This document shows positions 10,780-19,500 of a DNA stretch of 64,000 nt, in pieces. The notes under the pieces are model-generated. The model did not search any database. It was not told where the DNA came from and saw nothing but the letters and a program-made list of their open reading frames with translations. The number at the start of each line of letters is the position of its first letter. The first letter of the stretch is position 1. This stretch comes from Candidatus Omnitrophota bacterium. Its GTDB lineage: Bacteria; Omnitrophota; Gorgyraeia; Zapsychrales; JANLHA01. Both the position numbers and the translations under genes were made by a program. The stretch lies in contig JAKQKX010000090.1 in the NCBI GenBank assembly GCA_029560465.1, forward strand, positions 72,189 through 136,188, given 5' to 3'.

Positions 10780-12018
10780 CTACCGTTTGAGAATACGGTG
10801 TTTTTCAATCAATTTAATCAAGGCCTTCGTCAACTTGATCGAATCGTGCCGGACATAATCCGTGATGCTCAACAGGTCCGTGGCCACCACCTCAATTCCC
10901 ATCTCCCGGATACGATCCACTTCAGGCACAACCGGGAACGAATCTTCGGACTTATACCGGCCTTGCGCTTCCGAAGGGACCTCTTCTGAATTCACCAGAC
11001 AAGCATCCATGACCTTCCGGTGCGAATGCTTGACAATCGCATCAACGTGGTCACTCGCCGTATACCCTTCTGATTCCCCCTGCTGTGTCATGACATTACA
11101 AACATAAATTTTATACGCGCTGGACTTGACCACCGCGTCCGTCAATTCTTTAATCAGCAGGTTCGGGATAACGCTCGTATATAAACTCCCCGGCCCCAGC
11201 ACAATGATCTCCGCTTCCCGTATCGCCTCCAGCGCTTCATCCGTCGGAGTGGCATCTTGAGGTTTTAAAAAGACACGCCGTATCTTCATGCCTTTCCTCG
11301 GGATTTTCGCTTCCCCTTCCGTGATGGAAGAATCCTCGTACTCCGCGACGAGATGAACATTGTGGACCGTGGAAGGGATCACTTTCCCGCGAATTGCCAA
11401 AACTTTGCTGGATTCCTTGACCGCCTTTTCAAAATCACCTGTCACCTGGACCATCGCCGTCAAAAATAAATTCCCGAAATTATGGCCCTGCAGCTGGGAC
11501 TCTTTTGGAAAACGAAACTGAAAAAGCTCTCCCATCAACGCCGGGGCGTCCGCCAAGGCAACCAGACAGTTACGGATATCCCCCGGAGCAACAATATTAA
11601 ATTCCTCCCGCAGCCGTCCGGACGACCCTCCGCTGTCAGCCACCGTAACAATCGCCGTAATATTGGACGTGTATTCCTTTAACCCCAAAATCAAATGAGA
11701 AAGGCCGTGTCCGCCGCCGATAGCCACAATTTTAGGCCCGCGATCCAGGAAGCGCTTCCGGTAAAGGATATTGACAAGTTCCCTCTCGCCTTTCGGGATA
11801 AACAGCGTTAACAAAGAAACAATCAATTTCCCGATGCCCATGACGATAAGCACAATCCCGCAAAGGATAATCACAACGCCGAAAATTCTGATGAGGATAA
11901 AATTTGAAGCGAAAGCAATGGCCCCACCGGCCACAACCCCAACGCCAAGGACAGAAGTAAAAAACCACCTCTTAATCTTCATGCCGGGATAAAGCCATTT
12001 GATCAAATTATTCGGCAT
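10780..12018 (-). CDS. yvcK: YvcK/UPF0052 (CofD-like) gluconeogenesis factor with an N-terminal membrane anchor
   Basis: The 412-aa product carries IVAIGGGHGLSHLILGL and TVADSGGSSGRLR motifs. Two predicted TM helices precede the domain. Confidence 0.7.
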   Translation of the reverse strand: MPNNLIKWLYPGMKIKRWFFTSVLGVGVVAGGAIAFASNFILIRIFGVVIILCGIVLIVMGIGKLIVSLLTLFIPKGERELVNILYRKRFLDRGPKIVAIGGGHGLSHLILGLKEYTSNITAIVTVADSGGSSGRLREEFNIVAPGDIRNCLVALADAPALMGELFQFRFPKESQLQGHNFGNLFLTAMVQVTGDFEKAVKESSKVLAIRGKVIPSTVHNVHLVAEYEDSSITEGEAKIPRKGMKIRRVFLKPQDATPTDEALEAIREAEIIVLGPGSLYTSVIPNLLIKELTDAVVKSSAYKIYVCNVMTQQGESEGYTASDHVDAIVKHSHRKVMDACLVNSEEVPSEAQGRYKSEDSFPVVPEVDRIREMGIEVVATDLLSITDYVRHDSIKLTKALIKLIEKHRILKR

Positions 12019-12029
12019 AGGAAAGAAAA

Positions 12030-12500
12030 TTATATCAACTGGTTATCTTCAAGGTCTATAAGCTTCAGAATAGATTTTTCATCTTTGGCGTTTTTTAGAT
12101 TTTCCCGGAAATACTTGTCTTTAAGCAACCTGGAAATCTTCGCCAAAGCTTTTAAGTGGGGGCCAGCCGAATCAATGGGGGCAACCAGGAGGAAAAAGAT
12201 ATACGCTGGTTCTCCATCCAGAGAGTCAAAATTTATCCCGTTCTTACTGATGCCCAGCGCGGCTGTTAGCTGGGTGACATTTTCGCATTTCCCGTGCGGG
12301 ATCGCGATCCCCTGCCCGATCGCCGTGGATCCCAGCGCTTCACGGGCCAGGAGAATTTCGATTAATTTTGATTTAAGCTTTTTTTCAACAGCATCCGCCT
12401 TCACTAAAAGGTCAACCAACTCACCGATAACTTCCTTCTTTGTTTGTGATTTCAAATCAGCGCAAACAGCGTCTTTACATAAAAACTCATTGATTCTCAT
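12030..12500 (-). CDS. ptsN: PTS IIA-Ntr type regulatory protein (fructose/mannitol EIIA family)
   Basis: The 156-aa product has a conserved GIAIPHGK active-site His region. It lies upstream of yvcK-ptsH-ptsI. Confidence 0.75.
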   Translation of the reverse strand: MRINEFLCKDAVCADLKSQTKKEVIGELVDLLVKADAVEKKLKSKLIEILLAREALGSTAIGQGIAIPHGKCENVTQLTAALGISKNGINFDSLDGEPAYIFFLLVAPIDSAGPHLKALAKISRLLKDKYFRENLKNAKDEKSILKLIDLEDNQLI

Positions 12501-12594
12501 CTACGGACTCCTTCTTACGGCCTAGCATTATAAAAGATTCCACAACCTGTTTATTTCTTCCAGCGTGTCTCTTGATAAAACAAGCATAAAAAAG

Positions 12595-12668
12595 AGCGGC
12601 GGATGGGATTTGAACCCACGACATCCACCTTGGCAAGGTGGCATTCTAGCCAACTGAATTACCGCCGC
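12595..12668 (-). tRNA. tRNA-Gly (anticodon GCC)
   Basis: A cloverleaf can be folded by hand. The acceptor stem is GCGGCGG/CCGCCGC, the anticodon stem CCACC/GGTGG with loop TTGCCAA, and the T-arm GGGTTCAAATCCC. The discriminator is U, and no CCA is encoded. Confidence 0.8.
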
Positions 12669-12818
12669 GAAATAATAAAGTATTATTGTTTTGAATTATA
12701 ACCTAAGATTTCTGTTTCTTCAAGAATTCAAGAAAATAAATGTGCCTGGGCCACAAACGCCCTATTTTTTATCAAATCAAAATTGGCCACGGCCGGGAAC
12801 CCCGCGCCACAAAGATCA

Positions 12819-12900
12819 TGGGCGGAAGAGGACTTGAACCTCCATGAGTTTCCCCACATGCTCCTAAGGCATGCGCGTCTACCAATTCCGCCATCCGCCC
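12819..12900 (-). tRNA. tRNA-Leu (anticodon TAG), type II with a long variable arm
   Basis: The acceptor stem is GGGCGGA/TCCGCCC. The D-arm GCGGAATTGGTAGACGCG is identical in pattern to E. coli tRNA-Leu. The anticodon stem is CATGC/GCATG with loop CTTAGGA, and the discriminator is A. Confidence 0.8.
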
Positions 12901-13142
12901 TTTAGATAGTTTGTGTCCCCGGCTTTATTGTAAATCCAAAGTGCGGTTCCCACACAAATATTTTACACTTTTATCCCGAGGCAAAAAGCATCTTCCCACA
13001 AAATCACGGATGAATCGCCCTCATGGCAGGATTCTAACCATATATTTTGAGCCGGGACAGCGCGATGAGCCGTGAAACATCCGGCCCGGGCAAGGTTACG
13101 CGTAAAATTCCATCTAAAGGACATCTTTGACTGAAAAATCAG

Positions 13143-13215
13143 TGACCCACCCGCGACTCGAACGCGGCACACCAGCCTTAAAAGGGCTGTGCTCTACCAC
13201 ATGAGCTAGTGGGTC
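13143..13215 (-). tRNA. tRNA-Lys (anticodon TTT)
   Basis: The acceptor stem is GACCCAC/GTGGGTC. The D-arm is GCTCATGTGGTAGAGC. The anticodon stem is CAGCC/GGCTG with loop CTTTTAA. The T-arm is CCGCGTTCGAGTCGCGG, and the discriminator is A. Confidence 0.8.
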
Positions 13216-13260
13216 ATAAAATACCAGTTAAGAAAGAACACATCGAATCTTCAAGCCAAA

Positions 13261-13824
13261 TCAATTAAAATCTTCCAATTCCTTGTTTTTCCCGGCAAGG
13301 ACATTGTCAATTTCTTTAATAAATTTATCGGTCAGCTTCTGAATATCTTCCTGCCCACGGAAAGCCTCGTCTTCGGCGATCACATGGTCATGCTCGGATT
13401 TCTTAATCTTTTCATTGGCTTCCCGGCGGATGGTGCGCAGAGAAACCCGGCCATGCTCCGCCATGTCCTTGACAACTTTCTTTAATTCTTCCCGCCGTTC
13501 CGTGGAAAGGGGAGGGACACTCAAACGGACCACTTTCCCGTCATTCTGCGGCATAATCCCAAGTTTGGAATTCATGATCGCCTTTTCAATCTCAACGATG
13601 GCGGTCGGGTCCCAGGGCTGAATCACAACGGTCTTCGGGTCCGGAACTGAAATAGAAGCCATTTGTTTTAACAATGTCATCGTCCCATAGTAATTGACGT
13701 GCAGCCCTTCAATGAGCCCCGGATGGGCCCTGCCCGTACGGACCTCGGTGAACTCCCGGCCCACCGACTCAACGGCCTTCTTCATCTTGATTTCAGTTTC
13801 TTTGTGGATTTCCTTCATATCCAT
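13261..13824 (-). CDS. frr: ribosome recycling factor
   Basis: The 187-aa product matches the RRF family throughout (VRTGRAHPGLIEGLHVNYYG...). It is the last gene of the rpsB-tsf-pyrH-frr cluster. Confidence 0.9.
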   Translation of the reverse strand: MDMKEIHKETEIKMKKAVESVGREFTEVRTGRAHPGLIEGLHVNYYGTMTLLKQMASISVPDPKTVVIQPWDPTAIVEIEKAIMNSKLGIMPQNDGKVVRLSVPPLSTERREELKKVVKDMAEHGRVSLRTIRREANEKIKKSEHDHVIAEDEAFRGQEDIQKLTDKFIKEIDNVLAGKNKELEDFN

Positions 13825-13837
13825 AGGTCATCCCTCG

Positions 13838-14572
13838 CTATTTCACAATGGTTCCAATATTTTCGCCCAACACCACTTTTTTAATATTTCCGGTTTTCGT
13901 CAAGTCGAAAACTATAATTGGAAGATTATTATCCATGCACATGCTGATCGCGGTGGCGTCCATGACTTTCAGGTTCTTCTTTAAGACCTCGATAAATTTC
14001 AGAGATGAGAACCGTTTCGCATCAGGATTTTTCTTGGGGTCGGCCGAGTACACCCCATCCACCTTCGTCGCTTTCATGATAACATCAGCGTCCATCTCCG
14101 CGGCCCTTAAAGCCGCGGCCGTATCCGTGGTGAAATAGGGATTCCCGGTCCCGGCGACAAAAATAACCACGCGCCCTTTCTCCAAGTGGCGTAACGCCCG
14201 CCTTCGGATATACGGCTCCGCGACCGACTGCATGGCGATCGCCGACATGACTCTCGTGGGCACTCCAACTTTTTCCAACGCGTTCTGCAAAGCGAGCCCG
14301 TTAAGCACCGTGGCCAACATCCCCATGTAATCAGCGACCGACCGGTCCAGGCCGAACCGTTTCGACGCGACCTGCCCCCGGAAAATATTGCCGCCACCCA
14401 CCACCAGCGCCACAGAAACCCCCAAGGCGCAGATCTCTTTGATCTGCCCTGCCATTGAGGCACACATCTCGGCGTCTATGCCATGCTCCTGCGAGCCCAT
14501 CATGGCCTCACCGCTAAGCTTCAGCAAAATACGTTTATACACCGTCTTTGTTTTAGGCAACGCCGACCTCAT
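13838..14572 (-). CDS. pyrH: UMP kinase; start moved to an internal Met
   Basis: The product carries [11 protein letters not shown] and [10 protein letters not shown] motifs. The ORF-track start at 14665 would overlap tsf by about 110 nt, whereas the Met of MRSALPKTK gives a canonical PyrH of about 244 aa. Confidence 0.85.
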   Translation of the reverse strand: MRSALPKTKTVYKRILLKLSGEAMMGSQEHGIDAEMCASMAGQIKEICALGVSVALVVGGGNIFRGQVASKRFGLDRSVADYMGMLATVLNGLALQNALEKVGVPTRVMSAIAMQSVAEPYIRRRALRHLEKGRVVIFVAGTGNPYFTTDTAAALRAAEMDADVIMKATKVDGVYSADPKKNPDAKRFSSLKFIEVLKKNLKVMDATAISMCMDNNLPIIVFDLTKTGNIKKVVLGENIGTIVK

Positions 14573-15080
14573 AACGGGTAAACCGACCAATGACAATATT
14601 TTCTCCGATCTTCGCGACCAGCGCCGACAGGCAATCCTGGATCGTCTTGCTCTGATCCTTGACAAAAGGCTGGCTTAACAAACACCTCTCCTTCACAAAG
14701 GCCTTCGGATCTTTTGCCTCCGCTAAAACCTCTTTCGGGATATCCTGCTCGCTGATATAAGCCGGGCCCATCGCGGCGATATGCATCGCGAGGTCCTTGG
14801 CAAATTGGCAGAAATCCGAATTCTTGGCCACAAAATCCGTTTCACAGTTAACCTGGACCAAGACGGCAATCTTATTGCCCATATGGACATACGCTTCTAA
14901 CCGGCCATTTAAGGCGGCCCGGCTGCTTTTTTTGGCCGCAATTTCAAGCCCGCGCTTCTGCAGAAGTTCCTGGGCTTTCTTCATATCTCCCTTGGCTTCT
15001 TCAAGAGCTTTTTTACAATCAATCACTCCGCAAGATGTCATTTCTCTTAATTCTCGGATATCTTCTAATGAAGCCCCCAT
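14553..15080 (-). CDS. tsf: elongation factor Ts (short form)
   Basis: The 175-aa product has an N-terminal UBA-like EF-Ts domain ([37 protein letters not shown]). It sits between rpsB and pyrH. Confidence 0.85.
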   Translation of the reverse strand: MGASLEDIRELREMTSCGVIDCKKALEEAKGDMKKAQELLQKRGLEIAAKKSSRAALNGRLEAYVHMGNKIAVLVQVNCETDFVAKNSDFCQFAKDLAMHIAAMGPAYISEQDIPKEVLAEAKDPKAFVKERCLLSQPFVKDQSKTIQDCLSALVAKIGENIVIGRFTRYEVGVA

Positions 15081-15137
15081 GATCTCAATCTCCTTTCACA
15101 CAAAACACTATTTCTTCAACTGAAAACCAACCACCGA

Positions 15138-15968
15138 TCATGCGATCTCTTCTTCCTCATCCTCTTCTTCAACGATTTCCAAAATATCCCCAGAAGCAGG
15201 CTGAGGTGTTTCACTGATAACCGGCGCTTCCTGGGGTTCCTCAGTGGTAATATCAATCTTTTTCTGCACTTCCCGGGCTTCCACATATTCCTTGCGCCCC
15301 GCCAAGATCGAATCAGCGATCATCGTGGCGATGTACCGGATTGATTTTAACGCGTCATCATTCCCCGGGATGGGGAAATCGACAAAATCCGGATCACTGT
15401 TTGTATCAATCAACGCCAAAACCGGGATGTGAAGCCGATTGGCTTCCCGGATGGCGATCTCTTCCCGCTTGGAATCCACGACAAAAATCGCCTGCGGCAA
15501 CTGATGCATCTCACGGATACCGCCCAAATCCCTGAGCAACTTCCCCTTCTCTTTATTAAGGCGGGAAACTTCCTTCTTCTTCAAATTCTCCATCATCCCG
15601 TCCTCTTCCATTTTCTCGATCTTACACAACTTCTCCAAAGACTTGCGAACCGTCTCAAAATTAGTCAACAAGCCGCCCATCCACCGGTTATTAATATACG
15701 GCATTCCCGCGTTCTGGGCGATCTGGCTAAGCACATCTTTAGCCTGTTTTTTAGTTCCCACAAAGAGTACAAATCCGCCCTTAGCCGCGAGAGAATGCAC
15801 AAAGTCCTGGGCAAGAGCAAGCTGCTCTTTAGTTTTCTCTAAATCAATGATGTAAATTCCGCTTCTTTCCCCGAAAATGAACCTTTTCATTTTGGGGTTC
15901 CACCGGCGGGTCTGGTGTCCGAAATGGACTCCGCATTCCAACAGGGTTCTCAACACTTCATCTGGCAT
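15138..15968 (-). CDS. rpsB: 30S ribosomal protein S2
   Basis: The 276-aa product starts GVHFGHQTRRWNPKM and has a conserved S2 core with an acidic C-terminal tail. Confidence 0.9.
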   Translation of the reverse strand: MPDEVLRTLLECGVHFGHQTRRWNPKMKRFIFGERSGIYIIDLEKTKEQLALAQDFVHSLAAKGGFVLFVGTKKQAKDVLSQIAQNAGMPYINNRWMGGLLTNFETVRKSLEKLCKIEKMEEDGMMENLKKKEVSRLNKEKGKLLRDLGGIREMHQLPQAIFVVDSKREEIAIREANRLHIPVLALIDTNSDPDFVDFPIPGNDDALKSIRYIATMIADSILAGRKEYVEAREVQKKIDITTEEPQEAPVISETPQPASGDILEIVEEEDEEEEIA

Positions 15969-16472
15969 CGTTTCCTCCTCGTGCTTTGATCACTCATGGA
16001 AAACATAAAGGGAACCCTTTATCAAGCGAGCATAAGTGACGTTGTGGTTATTTTCAACACGGCTGGCGCTGCACAATCGTCTTAAAACAGCTTCCCGGAA
16101 CGGACTCTGTTTCAACATTTCACAGCCCTGCCGTATCGGCCCGGATTTTTCCCGGGCTCATGGTCTACTCGAACAACTCTCCTCTCTTCTTTTCCAGAGT
16201 TATTCGGACCTAAAATAGTTTCCCTAGTATACCTAACAATCTTTTTTTTTTCAACACATTATTTCATAAAGGCTTTCAGCCGGTTTTCGGACAGGACAAC
16301 GGTAAAAAAGCCGAATTCCCAAACGAAAAATTCTTTCCCCAGGTGTGGAAACCGCAGGGGCACCGGATCCCGGAGAATCCTGTCCCGGCCCGGGGCACAG
16401 AGATTTTCAAGCGGCCCCGCAGACTTTACACTAAAAAAGACTTTCAAAGCACCGCAACCTGTGCCAATATAG

Positions 16473-16484
16473 CATGCTAGCATG
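16473..16484. promoter_or_regulatory. perfect 12-bp palindrome CATGCTAGCATG, 74 bp upstream of the giant activase gene
   Basis: The palindrome was read directly in the sequence. It lies in a 590-bp divergent intergenic region. Confidence 0.3.
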
Positions 16485-16557
16485 AAGGAATTTAGGAGCC
16501 CAAAAGAGACTCTTAAGGAACCGGCCGAGGCATACCCGCCCACCGGAAGGAGCTGAC

Positions 16558-19500
16558 ATGAAACTCGGTTTTGATTTGGGGTCAAGAAACATCCATTATG
16601 TGGCTCTTGACAACGACACCGTTGTTGCGCGCGAAACGACCGAACACCAGGGTGATGTTCTGGGCCGGGTTCAGGATCTGATCCAGGGCGCCCGGCAGCG
16701 CTTCGGGGCTATCGAAAGTTTCGGGATCACGGGGAACACCTCCGCAGCCGCCCTCTGCCTTATTGATCCGGTCCTCGCCTGCACCCGCGCCAATCGGTTT
16801 CTAAAAACCGGCTGCCGGCATATCCTGGCTATCGGCTGCGAAACGTTCGCACTCATATTCCTGGACGCGGAGGGGAATTACCTCGAACATTCCTTCAGCT
16901 CCGACTGTGCCTCCGGCACCGGGAGCTTTTTAGACCAACAGGCCAAACGGCTAGGTTATTCGACAGAAGAGTTCGCCGACAAAGCGTTTCACTTTCAAGG
17001 AAAAACCCCGGCCATCGCCACGCGGTGCTCGGTCTTCGCCAAATCCGACATTATTCACTCCCAAGCAGAAGGGTTTTCCAAAGACGCGATCGCCGCGGGG
17101 ATCTGCGAAGGGGTCGTCCGAAGCATCCTCTCCTACACTTTAGGCGGCCGGAAACCAGACGGGCCGCTGCTTTTAATCGGCGGGGTCAGCCGCAACCGGA
17201 AAATCGTCTCCGAAATAGAAAAAAAACTCGGCGTGCCGGTGATCGTGCCAGAGAACCCTTTGACATTCAACGCCCTGGGCGCCGCGCTTTTGGGGAACGG
17301 GTCCGACCAGCCCCTCCTGGACGGGCTTTCAGATATCCGGGTCCACCGGCCATCCCGGGAAAAACTCGAGATCAAATTAACCCGGTATCCGGATTTCAGC
17401 CAAGACAAGACTTACACGAACGACGGCGTGGAAGTGATCCTGTACAGGGCCCTGCCCGGAGAAACGCTCAACGCCTTTCTCGGCATTGACGTCGGCTCCA
17501 CAAGCACAAAATGCATCCTGCTGGATGAAAACAAGACGGTGCTTTACGGGTTATACACAACCACGGCCGGCGACCCCGTCGCCGCGGTCGCCAAACTCTT
17601 TAAAGAGCTGTCCCGCATTTTCGTTTCAAAAACCTTAAACATCCGGGGCGCGGCCGTCACCGGGTCGGGCCGCCAGATCATCAAGGAAATCACGGGAGCG
17701 GATCTCGCCGTGAATGAAATCACCGCGCACGCCCGGGGGGCCACTTTTCTGGACCCGGACGTGGACACGATCATTGAAATCGGCGGGCAGGACTCCAAAT
17801 TCACGCTTTTAAAAAACGGCTACGTCGCCAGCTCGGTCATGAATTACGTCTGCGCGGCGGGGACAGGCTCTTTCATCGAAGAACAGGCCAAAAAACTGGA
17901 CGTGCCGCTCGCCGCCGTCTCCGACCTGGCCCTGGGACAGGAAGCGCCGCTCACATCCAGCCGCTGCACGGTCTATATGGAACGGGACCTGAACACGTAT
18001 ATCGCCGAAGGGTGGAGCAAGCCGCAGATCCTCGCGTCGGTCCTCTTCAGCGTGCGGGACAACTATCTCTCCAAAGTGGCCGGGCGGACACTGCTGGGAA
18101 ACACCATTTACTTTCAGGGCGCGACGGCGAGGAACAAGGCGCTTGTCGCAGCGTTCGAAAACGAAATCGGCAAACCGATCCTTGTTTCAAAATATTGCCA
18201 TTTAACCGGGGCCTTAGGCGCCGCCGTGATTCTCATGGAAACAGGGGCACCCGATTCCCGCTTCCGGGGCATCGACCTGGATTTCAAAACCGACAGCGAG
18301 CTGTGCGATTTGTGCGCGAACCACTGCTCCCTCACGGTCTTTAACATCAACGGGGCGCGAGTCGCCTGGGGCATGAAATGCGGACGGGACTATGACGAAC
18401 GCCGGCCGGGCCGGGCCAACCCCCTCTCCCGCCTTGAGCAGGAGTATCAAAACATTTTCGAACCCCTCCCCCGTCCGCACGAAAACGCGAAAACAGTAGG
18501 GATCCCCTTAACTCTTTACATGAAAGAATACGCCGCGCTCTTTGTGGACTTCTTTGAAAACCTGGGCCTTAATCTTATCCTGGAACGCAACGCAGCAGGC
18601 CACCTCGAGCAGGGCAAAGCCATCGCCCGCGCGGATTTCTGTTCGCCCATGCTTGTCATTCACGGCCTGGTCAAAGCCCTCGCCGGGAAAAAAATCGACA
18701 TGCTGTTCCTTCCGGCCTTCATCAACACCCAGAGTCTTCTGGATTCTTTACCGGAAGAAGAGCATTTCCTTAAGAAAAACCGGGACAGCTATTTCTGCTA
18801 CTATTCCGAATACGCGCCCACGATCGTGAACAACCTGGTGACCCTGGATATTAAAGACATCCTGGTTTCCCCCAAAATCAAGCTGAATAACCAGCCCGTG
18901 GAAAAAGTCGCGGAAGACATCGCTCAATCCTTGGCCGGCCATATCCCGCTTCCACAAGCAGACATCGTCGAGTCTTTCCTCACCGCTTACCGCGCTGACA
19001 TGAAACGAAAAGCGCAATGGCGGGAGACCGGAACCCGGCGCTTAGCTTCCGGCAAAGACCGGATCAAGATCCTGCTCCTCGGCCGGCCCTACGTTGTCTT
19101 TGACCGCACGATCAACAGCGGAATCCCCGCCAAACTCGAAGCGCTGGGCTACGAGTTGATCCACCAATCGATGCTCGATCTCCCCAACGAGCCGGGGCCG
19201 TTCTCTTCGCGCTACCTTGACCGGATGCACTGGTATTACGGCCAGCAGATCCTCCTCGCCACAGAGACAGCCCTGAAGAATGACAACATTTACCCCGTGT
19301 TCCTGACGAATTTCCACTGCAGCCCGGACGCGTACGTCGTGACATATTTTAAAGAAATGATGGAAAACGCCGGCAAACCGTATCTGGTCATACAACTGGA
19401 CGAACATTGCAGCGATATCGGTTATCAAACCCGGCTCGAGGCCGGGATGGACGCGTTCCTAAACGATTTTAACCGCCGGAAGGGCCATCCGAACCTTCCC

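Noticed and set aside
12963-13172. 69-aa minus-strand ORF between the tRNA genes
   Set aside because: It overlaps tRNA-Lys and lies in a tRNA spacer, with no motif.
13838-14665. Long N-terminal extension of pyrH (start at 14665)
   Set aside because: It would overlap tsf by about 110 nt and add an Arg-rich, non-conserved 31-aa leader. The internal Met gives a canonical UMP kinase.
16259-16585. 108-aa minus-strand ORF in the rpsB/activase intergenic region
   Set aside because: It overlaps the start of the 1433-aa plus-strand gene, has no RBS context and no recognisable features. It is probably non-coding leader sequence.
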